The translations under genes and the position numbers were made by a program. Shown piece by piece: positions 1 to 8,483 of a DNA stretch of 64,000 bases. Source of the stretch: Bdellovibrio sp. (GTDB lineage: Bacteria; Bdellovibrionota; Bdellovibrionia; Bdellovibrionales; Bdellovibrionaceae); assembly GCA_036677065.1 (NCBI GenBank), contig JAKFBS010000003.1, positions 320,001 through 384,000 of the forward strand. The letters are read 5' to 3'. The notes under the pieces are model-generated. The model was given only the letters and a program-made list of their open reading frames with translations. It had not been told where the DNA came from and searched no databases. Position 1 is the first letter of the stretch. The number at the start of each line of letters is the position of its first letter.

Positions 1-71
1 AAACCATTTTGAAATTCGATATTTAACGAATCAATAATGGCGAACTGTGAAACTCTAAGTTCCTGAAGCAT
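1..71 (-). CDS. recN: DNA repair protein RecN, 5' fragment (runs off window edge)
   Basis: Not in the ORF track. Reverse complement from ATG at 71 reads MLQELRVSQFAIIDSLNIEFQNG, the typical RecN N-terminus. It overlaps the nadK 3' end, and nadK-recN synteny is widely conserved. Confidence 0.85.
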   Translation of the reverse strand, partial: MLQELRVSQFAIIDSLNIEFQNG

Positions 72-957
72 AGCGGTCTCCGAATTTTAGTTTTTCTTTT
101 AATAATTCAAAAAAGTTATGGCCAGATTTGCGAATCATCACATGATCGGTCTCACATCTAGTGATTGTGACTTCATCATCTTGTGCGAGTTCTAAAACCT
201 TTTGGCCATCGATGATTAAATTGCTTGAAGAGTTCTGTTGATCAACTTTAATCACAATTTTTTTATCATCAGGAAAAATAAGCGGGCGGGTAGTTAACGA
301 GTGTGGGGCCACCGGGGTTAAAACCATGGCTTTTGTCTCAGGATGAAGTAATGGCCCGCCAGCCGCTAAGTTATAGGCTGTTGATCCTGTGGGAGTAGAA
401 ATAATTAAACCATCGGCTTTAATGTGGTTAACATAAGATTTATCAAAATATACAGCGGTGCTGATTAATTGCGAAAATGAACCACGTTCAATCACCACAT
501 CATTAAGCGCATCAAACGACAAACGACGTCCGGTCTTAAGTTTAACTGAAGTATGAATGCGTGATCTTGAATGAACTACCATTTTGTTTTTTAATGTTTC
601 ATCAATAGTAGCAAAAACATCATCTACGCTATGAGCGGTTAAAAACCCAAGATAGCCCATGTTAAAACCGAGAATCGGAACCTGATGGCCTTTTAATAAA
701 CGAACCGCGCGAAGGTAAGTGCCGTCTCCGCCTAAAACAATCACTAAGCTCATTTCTTTTAATTCGTTCGAGCTGATCAGCATCGTTGTGCCGTCTAACT
801 GTTTTTGTTCGGGAGCTGTGAAAACTTTAATGCGTTTTGCTTTTAGTTTTGTGACAACTTTTTTAGCTACGCGAACCGCTTCAGGTGAATGAATGCGGTA
901 AACTAAAGCGATCTTTTTATTTTCTTTAAGCTTTAAGTGTTTTTCTTTCATCGACAA
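55..957 (-). CDS. nadK: NAD(+) kinase
   Basis: GGDGT, NMGYLGFL, LNDVVI and ADGLIISTPTGSTAYNLAAGGP motifs. Start may be the second Met (MKEKH). Confidence 0.95.
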   Translation of the reverse strand: MSMKEKHLKLKENKKIALVYRIHSPEAVRVAKKVVTKLKAKRIKVFTAPEQKQLDGTTMLISSNELKEMSLVIVLGGDGTYLRAVRLLKGHQVPILGFNMGYLGFLTAHSVDDVFATIDETLKNKMVVHSRSRIHTSVKLKTGRRLSFDALNDVVIERGSFSQLISTAVYFDKSYVNHIKADGLIISTPTGSTAYNLAAGGPLLHPETKAMVLTPVAPHSLTTRPLIFPDDKKIVIKVDQQNSSSNLIIDGQKVLELAQDDEVTITRCETDHVMIRKSGHNFFELLKEKLKFGDRYASGT

Positions 958-2979
958 TTATACCAATCCATCACGTTTTAATAAAGCTTGTGGATCTGGT
1001 TCGCGGCCACGAAATTCTTTATATAAATCCATCGGGTGAGCAGTGCCGCCGCGGCTTAAAATGGCTTTTTTAAATTTAGTGCCAGCTTCTTTATTGAATA
1101 ACCCTTTTTCTTTAAAGTATTCAAAAGCATCCGCATCTAAAACTTCAGCCCATTTGTAAGAGTAGTAGCCAGCCGCATAACCACCACCGAAAATATGGCT
1201 AAAGCTCACAGACATGTTTTGCCCGGCTTCTTTCGGTAAGAGGCGTAAACGCTCTAAAGTTTTACTCTCAAATGCATCAACATCGGTAATCGTTGCAAGA
1301 TCTGCTGTATACCAATTCATATCTAACCAACCAAAAGTTAATTGGCGTAAACTCATCCAGCCAGATTGAAACTGCGCTGAACGTTTAATTTTTTCAACAA
1401 GTTCGGCCGGAATCTGAGCACCAGTTTCATAATGCTTAGCAAATACGTCTAAGCCCTCTTTTTCTTTAACCCAGTTTTCCATGATTTGTGACGGAAGCTC
1501 TACGAAATCCCAGTACACGTTAGTGCCAGCTAAAGATTTGTACTTACATTCAGATAATAAACCGTGAAGCGCGTGACCCATTTCATGAAACAGTGTCGAT
1601 ACTTCGTCATAAGATAAAAGCGAAGGTTTAGTTGAAGTCGGTTTTGTGAAGTTACACACGATGCTTACGTGCGGACGTTTGATCTCGCCAGACCACATGC
1701 CTTGTTCACGGTATGAGGTCATCCAAGCGCCAGATTTTTTAGTCTCGCGCGGAAAAAAGTCAGTGTAGAATAAACCGATATATTTGTTAGTGCCTTCTTC
1801 ATACACTTCATAAGTTTTTACATCGGGATGATAAACCGGAATATCAGTTACGGCCTTAAAGGTTAAACCAAAAAGTCTTCTGGCGTGTTCAAAAACACCT
1901 TCAACTACATTTTCTAATTTAAAGTACGGGCGTAACTCTTCTTCGTTAAAAGAGTACTTTTGCTCTTTTAGCTTTTCTGAGTAGTAAGCAAAATCCCACG
2001 GGCGGATATCGTCAGTGCCGGCAAACTTTTTAACCTCATCTAAATCACGTTTAGCAGCTGTTAATGATGGGACCATTAGTTTTTCTAGAAATTGAAACAC
2101 CGTGTTTGCATCTTTAGCCATGCGCTCTTCTAAAACGTAATCAGCATAAGTTTTGTAACCTAAGATATTCGCGCGGTCGGTAGAAAGCCTAACGATCTTT
2201 AGAACTGTTTCTTGGTTGTCAAATTGGTCTTTGAAATTTTTCGAAGACGACGCTCTCCACATTTTTTCACGTAAAGCACGGTTATCAGCATAAGTTAAAA
2301 ATGGAATTAACGAAGGCCCCTGAAGGTTAAATAACCATTGGCCTTTTTTACCTTTAGCTTCTGCAGACATCGCGGCAGCTTCAATAGCGCCTTCAGGTAA
2401 GCCTGCTAAGTCTTTGTTATCTGTGATCCACATTTCAAAAGCATTGATCGCCTTTAAATTGTTTTCAGAAAATAGCGGGCTTAATACTGAAAGCTCTTGA
2501 TCCAGGGCGCGAAGTTTTTCTTTTTGCTCTGGATTTAAAAGAGCTCCATTGCGAGAAAAATCTTTGTACATTTTTTCTGTTAATTTTAAATCTTCACCGG
2601 TTAGGCCAAGTTGAGCACGGTTATCAAAGATAAATTTAATTTTTTTGAAAACGTCTTCATCTAAAGAAACATCAGAAGCAAAAGCCGACATGATCGGAGA
2701 AATCTTTTGCGCCAAAGCTTGGTGCTCTTCATTCGCCTCAGCAGAAAACAAATTAAAATAAATATTTGAAGCGCGGTCTAATTTTTCAGAAAGCTGTTCT
2801 AAAGCAACTATCGTATTTTCAAAGGTAAGATTTTTTTCAGCTTTGATTTTTTCTAAATTAGTTTTTGCTTCTTTGATCGCTTCTTCTAAAGCCGGCATGT
2901 AGTGCTCAACTTTGATTTGATCAAAAGGAGCTGCTTGGTCTTTAACGGTGAATTTTTGTAATAAAGGATTGTTTGTCAT
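958..2979 (-). CDS. M3A family metallopeptidase (oligopeptidase A / peptidyl-dipeptidase Dcp-like)
   Basis: N-terminal NPLL, KSGAWM, zinc motif FHEMGHALH, DFVELPSQIME and FSHIFGGGYAAGYYSYKWAE. Confidence 0.95.
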   Translation of the reverse strand: MTNNPLLQKFTVKDQAAPFDQIKVEHYMPALEEAIKEAKTNLEKIKAEKNLTFENTIVALEQLSEKLDRASNIYFNLFSAEANEEHQALAQKISPIMSAFASDVSLDEDVFKKIKFIFDNRAQLGLTGEDLKLTEKMYKDFSRNGALLNPEQKEKLRALDQELSVLSPLFSENNLKAINAFEMWITDNKDLAGLPEGAIEAAAMSAEAKGKKGQWLFNLQGPSLIPFLTYADNRALREKMWRASSSKNFKDQFDNQETVLKIVRLSTDRANILGYKTYADYVLEERMAKDANTVFQFLEKLMVPSLTAAKRDLDEVKKFAGTDDIRPWDFAYYSEKLKEQKYSFNEEELRPYFKLENVVEGVFEHARRLFGLTFKAVTDIPVYHPDVKTYEVYEEGTNKYIGLFYTDFFPRETKKSGAWMTSYREQGMWSGEIKRPHVSIVCNFTKPTSTKPSLLSYDEVSTLFHEMGHALHGLLSECKYKSLAGTNVYWDFVELPSQIMENWVKEKEGLDVFAKHYETGAQIPAELVEKIKRSAQFQSGWMSLRQLTFGWLDMNWYTADLATITDVDAFESKTLERLRLLPKEAGQNMSVSFSHIFGGGYAAGYYSYKWAEVLDADAFEYFKEKGLFNKEAGTKFKKAILSRGGTAHPMDLYKEFRGREPDPQALLKRDGLV

Positions 2980-3002
2980 TGGGTACCTCGCTGGTACCCA
3001 AT
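2978..3002. promoter_or_regulatory. Perfect 10-bp inverted repeat over the RBS/start of the M3 peptidase
   Basis: ATTGGGTACC-tcgct-GGTACCCAAT includes the GAGG SD and the first two bases of the ATG on the minus strand; a TAGTAT -10-like hexamer lies at 3007-3002. Confidence 0.55.
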
Positions 3003-3047
3003 ACTATGGCTGATTTTTACAGTTGAATCGAATAAATTTTGTGAAAA

Positions 3048-3665
3048 TTAACGGAAAATCGGGCTTGTTTGACCATTTGCTCCATTAGAAACACAGATCC
3101 CAATTGCAGATGCCGCTGAATTAGCACGGCAAGAATAACCGCTTCTGCAAGTCGCTTGATCAGTCACGATACATGACTGCACCACGCCATTATAACAGCT
3201 GCTGTTATTGTAGCCTTGGATATTTGAAATTTGCGGAATGTTTGTCCATTGGTTGTTATTAGAAGTGTTATAACCGTAGTAAGCATAACCTTGGTATCCA
3301 GCTAACATATTTGACTGAACGCAGCCAAGACCGGCGTAGTTATTGTAAGTTGGAACTGTTCCCACAGGGCAGTTACATAAGTAGCTGTTGTTAGCCATTT
3401 GGTGAAATGGGCTTGTGCCTGATCCGTAGTAACCGTTGTTGTAAAATGCGCCACCGTTATTTTGGTAACCATAGTTATAAGGCTGAAAACCCGGTTGGTT
3501 GTAATAACCAGTTTGGCAAGCTTGAGGATAAGTTAAACAATCTGTCGTGATTGCACCTTCATCGGTGTCGTTGTTTTTTTGGCAAGCTGTCACCATAAAC
3601 GTAACTAAAATTAGATACGAAAAGAAAAGTAATCTCATAGTGAATAACGATTTAATTTTAAACAT
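3048..3665 (-). CDS. Cys-rich, Asn/Tyr/Gly-rich hypothetical lipoprotein
   Basis: AGGAG SD, lipobox MVTA-C, about 10 Cys, and low-complexity N/Y/G/Q segments. Confidence 0.75.
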   Translation of the reverse strand: MFKIKSLFTMRLLFFSYLILVTFMVTACQKNNDTDEGAITTDCLTYPQACQTGYYNQPGFQPYNYGYQNNGGAFYNNGYYGSGTSPFHQMANNSYLCNCPVGTVPTYNNYAGLGCVQSNMLAGYQGYAYYGYNTSNNNQWTNIPQISNIQGYNNSSCYNGVVQSCIVTDQATCRSGYSCRANSAASAIGICVSNGANGQTSPIFR

Positions 3666-3695
3666 AGCAATACTCCTTGCCTTACCAGTTTATAG

Positions 3696-3711
3696 AGCAA
3701 GGGGTATGCCT
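3696..3711 (-). promoter_or_regulatory. Putative sigma54 (-24/-12) promoter
   Basis: Minus strand AGGCATACCCCTTGCT has GG-N10-GC with TTGC, about 30 bp upstream of the 3665 start. Confidence 0.65.
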
Positions 3712-3750
3712 TGGGTTTTTAGCTTAGTCTCGAATGTGGGGTAATTGAGG

Positions 3751-3767
3751 TGTCAAAACTTTTGACA
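3751..3767. promoter_or_regulatory. Perfect palindrome, candidate activator or repressor site
   Basis: TGTCAAAA-C-TTTTGACA in intergenic DNA upstream of the sigma54-like promoter. Confidence 0.5.
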
Positions 3768-3776
3768 GGTGCCCGC

Positions 3777-4928
3777 TTAGGGCGCTGTCTCGCTGATATC
3801 CATTTCTACTTCGTGGCGATTTTGCAAAAATAGGATTAAGTCATTGCGGTATTTCACTTTGTCTTTGTGAAAAAAATTAAAAAACTTAGGCATTTTGTCA
3901 TTGTAAGAAATCGGAGGACCTTTTTTCTTTCTGTAGTAGATGGTCTTGATAGATTTGTTAATACTTTGAGTAAAATCTTTTTCACAAGACTCAGTCAGTA
4001 AGCTATTTGTCGTCGCATATAACAGGCGCATATTATCAACTGTTGAGATCGATTGGCGTGTTAAAAGTAATCCTGAATCTGTACGATGAGCCAAATTAAC
4101 GCCGTAATGAGCTTCGGCTTCACAAGCAAAAAAACCTAAAACAGCAGGAGGTTTTCCGGTAGGGGCAGGCGGTGGGGGGTAGACATCATCTGAATGATCA
4201 ACTCGGTCATCTTCTCCTAAAGCATTATACATTTTAGAGGCCATTGGTCTGAATAAACCCCTGACCACTTTTGAAAATGGATTACCTGAAAGCGGGCGAA
4301 AGCCAGGGCCAGAGCCATGACGGGCGTGTCCGCTGTAAAACACAATGTCGTCTGTTTGCAGGGCGTGAATATAGGATTTTTCTAAGGCTTTTGATTTTCT
4401 TTTTTGTTCTGATTTTTTTTCATTATTCACAGCAATTTCACTCGTCAGCGATGAATTAAAAAGTTTCAGGCGAACGTTCACGGCGTGGCCGTCTTTGGTT
4501 CTGATCTGTTTTGTGTATTGGCCAGAAATTAAAGAATCTGCTTTGAAATCACAGAGCTGAATGTCAGGGCGAAATTGTGGGCAAGGGGCTTTGATTTCTT
4601 TTTCGAAAATATCTCGTTCAGCCATGTCGGTTGTGTAAACTTGGCTTGCGCCATCGCCGTAACCGAAATAAATCGACCAGTTTAGCTCAGATTTAGAATA
4701 TAATTTTTGATAAGACGAGCGGCATTGTTCAGTCTCAGTTTCAGCGTGTGATTGTGGTTTTAGCGTAGCAAGTTCTTCTTTGAAATCGTTATAAATCCCA
4801 TAGGGAATCGCATCAGGCAGCCAGTAAGGCACGCCGATTTCACTCATTTCGAATCGCCCGTTGTCCGAAGCCCAGGCGACTCCTGTACAGTGTAAAATTA
4901 AAAATAAGACGGCTAGCTTACGCCACAT
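3777..4928 (-). CDS. Secreted hypothetical protein with possible clan-CD (caspase/CHAT-like) His-Cys dyad
   Basis: Signal peptide (…GVAWA|SD); motifs DIVFYSGHARHG and VLGFFACEA. Confidence 0.6.
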   Translation of the reverse strand: MWRKLAVLFLILHCTGVAWASDNGRFEMSEIGVPYWLPDAIPYGIYNDFKEELATLKPQSHAETETEQCRSSYQKLYSKSELNWSIYFGYGDGASQVYTTDMAERDIFEKEIKAPCPQFRPDIQLCDFKADSLISGQYTKQIRTKDGHAVNVRLKLFNSSLTSEIAVNNEKKSEQKRKSKALEKSYIHALQTDDIVFYSGHARHGSGPGFRPLSGNPFSKVVRGLFRPMASKMYNALGEDDRVDHSDDVYPPPPAPTGKPPAVLGFFACEAEAHYGVNLAHRTDSGLLLTRQSISTVDNMRLLYATTNSLLTESCEKDFTQSINKSIKTIYYRKKKGPPISYNDKMPKFFNFFHKDKVKYRNDLILFLQNRHEVEMDISETAP

Positions 4929-4933
4929 TCAAA

Positions 4934-6037
4934 TTAATCCTTTTTAGTTGCTTTTTCAAATTGGCGAACTTGCGCATCAGGCATGGCTTTGATACTTCCA
5001 ACAGTTTGACAGTGATAAGCATTCGCATTCACTGTTAAACACATTTCTAAGGCCGACAAAATACTTTCAGTCTTAGCATATGTTCTTTCCATATAGTCTT
5101 CGTAAACCGCAGTGGCATCGTCTTGTAAGTCACCACCTGGAACCACAGGCATTTCAAAATTAGTTAAGATTAAATCTTGAATAGCGCGTGAAGTACGTCC
5201 GTTACCATCAGAAAAAGGGTGAATGCTGACAAACCATTTTTGTGCGATGGCAGCTAATTCCATCGGTGATAAAACCGGATTTCCAGTTTTATATCTTTCT
5301 AAATTTAGGCGAATAAAATTTTTGATCCAATCAATAGATACCGGCACGACTGTGCTTGGCGCGTAAAAAACAAATGAACGTGACTGGTCATCTTTCATAC
5401 CAGATCTTAAATTTGCTCCGGTAAAATTAGTTGAGCCAGCATCGCGTAAAAGATCGCTGAACGTCGCTCCCATAGCTGCTTCCCAGCGGGCTTGTAAGCG
5501 GTTCATAGATTCTTCAGAAAGGTTGATCATGTCACCGTAGTTTTTTCCGCCTGAGCGAAAACCAACACCAGTACTAGTTACTTTACGGTATTCACCTGGT
5601 TTTAAAGACTGATCTGTATTTTTATCTTTAATATTTAAATTCTCGGCTTCGTTTAATAACAAAACTTTATTCACATAACTAATGTTAGCTTCATCAAGGG
5701 TATAGCCATTTTGCAGCTGGCCTTTGGCGCCACCCACTCGCATAACTTCACGAATTCCTGAATCCCAAACATCCCAAGTTGCCGGGGCTGGTTTATAGAT
5801 TTGATCTGGCTTCACGCGTGAAGTTTTAGCGCGCTCCCAGTTATTGCGGTCAACGAAGCGAATAACACGGTATTCAGCAATTTCATCAATATTGATCTGG
5901 CGATTGGCGTAGGTATTTTTAAGAGCGACAAAGCGGTCCTGGATCGCACAGTCTCTTGGAAACGGCTTAATAGCGTCGTCGCAAGCGTTGGCGTGAACCT
6001 GCAATAAAAGAATACTCCATAAAATAATAGATTTCAT
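4934..6037 (-). CDS. Fic-domain protein with N-terminal signal peptide
   Basis: Canonical Fic motif HPFSDGNGRTSR. Likely start at 6037 (MKSIILWSILLLQVHANA|C) rather than 6118. Confidence 0.85.
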   Translation of the reverse strand: MKSIILWSILLLQVHANACDDAIKPFPRDCAIQDRFVALKNTYANRQINIDEIAEYRVIRFVDRNNWERAKTSRVKPDQIYKPAPATWDVWDSGIREVMRVGGAKGQLQNGYTLDEANISYVNKVLLLNEAENLNIKDKNTDQSLKPGEYRKVTSTGVGFRSGGKNYGDMINLSEESMNRLQARWEAAMGATFSDLLRDAGSTNFTGANLRSGMKDDQSRSFVFYAPSTVVPVSIDWIKNFIRLNLERYKTGNPVLSPMELAAIAQKWFVSIHPFSDGNGRTSRAIQDLILTNFEMPVVPGGDLQDDATAVYEDYMERTYAKTESILSALEMCLTVNANAYHCQTVGSIKAMPDAQVRQFEKATKKD

Positions 6038-6213
6038 AAATGTTCCAATCTGTTTGATAACCAGATCTTTGCGAGGATCAAGCCACCACAGGGTTGGGTT
6101 ATAGCTATTTAAGAGCACTAGAATTTATTTAGGCCGTTTTTTGTTATACAGGTGTAAAGATTTGATTTTTGTCACAATGCTGGTCATGATTTAGATAAGG
6201 GAGACTCTTTGTT

Positions 6214-6678
6214 ATGTTTAAATTTATTGGCTTTATGTTTATTTCTTTAATTATCTCTTCGTGTGCATCTAATTCTCAGCGCCAGCCAACTTCAGATCTT
6301 CAAGGCGGAGATAGATTAGTAGTTAAACCTGATTGGGAGCGTATTGAGCGTGGGATCACAACAGGCGATTTCAGCTGTCACGGAACATGCGCTGAAGTTT
6401 CTGTTGATTGGAATAAAGTTTGGAGAACGGTTTCTGGACAGGAATACAGAAATAGAAAAGAACAAAATCTATCATACTGTATTTCTCAGTATCAAAGTCA
6501 AAAATCTAACTTAGACTATGTGCAATTAGCCTTACAGAAAGGCGAATTAAGCGAAGGACAGGCTTCGCTGATAAATCAGATGACCCAAAACTCATTATCC
6601 GGAACTGACAGCATTTGTACTGGATATTTAGGAAAAAAACAGACTGCTAACTTGAAAAAAGAAATTTTTGGCCAGTAA
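6214..6678 (+). CDS. Hypothetical lipoprotein
   Basis: GGGAG SD, lipobox IISS-C, and paired Cys. Confidence 0.7.
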   Translation: MFKFIGFMFISLIISSCASNSQRQPTSDLQGGDRLVVKPDWERIERGITTGDFSCHGTCAEVSVDWNKVWRTVSGQEYRNRKEQNLSYCISQYQSQKSNLDYVQLALQKGELSEGQASLINQMTQNSLSGTDSICTGYLGKKQTANLKKEIFGQ

Positions 6679-6696
6679 ACATCCAAAGCGCGCTAA

Positions 6697-8436
6697 CTAG
6701 TTAGCGCTGCCATTGCCGCCGTACATGTCATCGATGATATGAGCATAGCGATTCTCAATGAATTTGCGTTTTACTTTCATTGATGGAGTCAGGCAGCCGT
6801 TTTCGACTGACCACACTTCAAAAATGACTTCGAATTTTTTAATAGCTTCATAGCTTGCAAGCTGTGAATTAGCTTTTTGCACCTGAGCTTTAATTTTTTG
6901 TAAAACCTCTTGCTTAGCTTCTGCTGTGGCATCAACGGCTAAAGATTCAACTGTAACTAAGGCCGAGATAAACTTTTTCTGATCGCCGCAGATAAAAACT
7001 TGTGAAATCACAGGTTCTTCTTTTAACAGACCCTCTAGTTTTTGCGGAGCTACGTATTTACCGCCGGCAGTTTTGATTAAATCTTTTTTACGATCTGTAA
7101 TTTTTAAATAACCAAGTGCTGTGAATTCACCGATGTCACCAGTGGCAAAAAAACCATCTTTATCAATCGCTTCAGCCGTTGCTTCTGGATTTTTGTAATA
7201 TTCTTTAAGACATTTTTTACTGCGCACTAAAATTTCGCCATCTTTAGCAAATTTAATTTCAACATCGCCAATTGGGCGGCCTACGGTGCCCATTTCCCAG
7301 TGCGATTCAGTGTTAACTGTGATTGCGGCAAAAGTTTCTGTTAAACCATAACCTTCGAAAATACGAATTCCTAAATAAGAAAAGAATTGGCCAAGTTCAG
7401 GGCTAAGTGGCGCACCACCGCTGATGGCAAAACGTAAACGGCCGCCAAAAGCCATGCGGATTGGTCCGAGTACGATTTTTGATAAGGCTTGGTAGGCAAG
7501 GGCATGGGTAAGAGGTGCTGTCTGGTTTGTATTGCGGTAATAAGCAATCTTTTTTGCCAGTGACAGTGTTTGGTCAAACAATGTTTTTTTCACAGGGTTG
7601 GCGGCAACAAGGGTAGCGATGCCAGAATAAATTTTTTCAAAAATACGAGGCACGGCCACTAGAAATGTGGGTTTTACTTCGCCTAGATTTTTCTTTAATA
7701 ATTCAATCGATTCAGCGTAAGCCACCTGGCAACCGCGGTATAAAACTCCCCAGTGTTCAACGCGGCCCATGACGTGGGCGTAAGGTAAAAAGGCCAAAGA
7801 TATATCATCAGGGCCGATTTGAAATAATGAAAAGGCTTCATGGATTTCTGAAATTAAGGCTTGGTGTTGTAATAACACACCTTTTGGTTTTCCGGTGGTT
7901 CCTGAAGTGTAAATAATTGTAGCTGGATCTTCATGTTTAATTTTAGCTGCGCGTTCAATCATTAATAGAATTGAGCTTTCAGCCACGTAACCAGAATCCA
8001 TATCTAATTCATCAAACACCAAACATTTAATTTGTTTTTGAATTTTGCTTTTAACGCGTTCAAACTGGGCGTGAGTTTTTTTATTATCTACGAATAATAA
8101 ATCTGCCTCGCAGTGATCAAGAATATAGATGACATCCTCATCAGTTAAGTTTGGATAAATCGGAACTAAAATTGTTCCCATAGATAAAGCTGCGACATCC
8201 GTGCAAGCCCACTCCCAACGGGTAGCAGACATAACAGCCACTTTACCATTTGCTGGTACATGTTGTTCGATGATCAGACTTTGCATATGAGAGATAAGCT
8301 GTAAATATTCGAAGTAATTTTTTTTAAGCCATTCGCCTTTTTTCTTATACATAAAAGCCGTTTGGTCTTTACGTGTTAAAGAATTTTTAAGCCAAAGGTG
8401 AATAGATTGATCGCTCGTTTTACTCGTTGTAGTCAT
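6697..8436 (-). CDS. Long-chain-fatty-acid--CoA ligase (FadD15/FAA1-type AMP-binding enzyme)
   Basis: IIYTSGTTGKPKG, EGYGLTE, FATGDIG, ITDRKKDLIKTAGGKYVAP and LTPSMKVKR motifs. Confidence 0.93.
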   Translation of the reverse strand: MTTTSKTSDQSIHLWLKNSLTRKDQTAFMYKKKGEWLKKNYFEYLQLISHMQSLIIEQHVPANGKVAVMSATRWEWACTDVAALSMGTILVPIYPNLTDEDVIYILDHCEADLLFVDNKKTHAQFERVKSKIQKQIKCLVFDELDMDSGYVAESSILLMIERAAKIKHEDPATIIYTSGTTGKPKGVLLQHQALISEIHEAFSLFQIGPDDISLAFLPYAHVMGRVEHWGVLYRGCQVAYAESIELLKKNLGEVKPTFLVAVPRIFEKIYSGIATLVAANPVKKTLFDQTLSLAKKIAYYRNTNQTAPLTHALAYQALSKIVLGPIRMAFGGRLRFAISGGAPLSPELGQFFSYLGIRIFEGYGLTETFAAITVNTESHWEMGTVGRPIGDVEIKFAKDGEILVRSKKCLKEYYKNPEATAEAIDKDGFFATGDIGEFTALGYLKITDRKKDLIKTAGGKYVAPQKLEGLLKEEPVISQVFICGDQKKFISALVTVESLAVDATAEAKQEVLQKIKAQVQKANSQLASYEAIKKFEVIFEVWSVENGCLTPSMKVKRKFIENRYAHIIDDMYGGNGSAN

Positions 8437-8483
8437 GGTGGTGGCCGTCTCTTGTTGTATTTTTGTTTGAATTTATTTTTATA

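Noticed and set aside
6038..6118. Longer GTG start for the Fic gene
   Set aside because: The signal peptide begins at Met 6037 and the extension looks like translated intergenic DNA.
4934..6678. Fic gene plus divergent lipoprotein as a toxin-antitoxin pair
   Set aside because: The neighbour is a divergent lipoprotein with no convincing Fic-inhibitory motif, unlike co-operonic cytoplasmic antitoxins.
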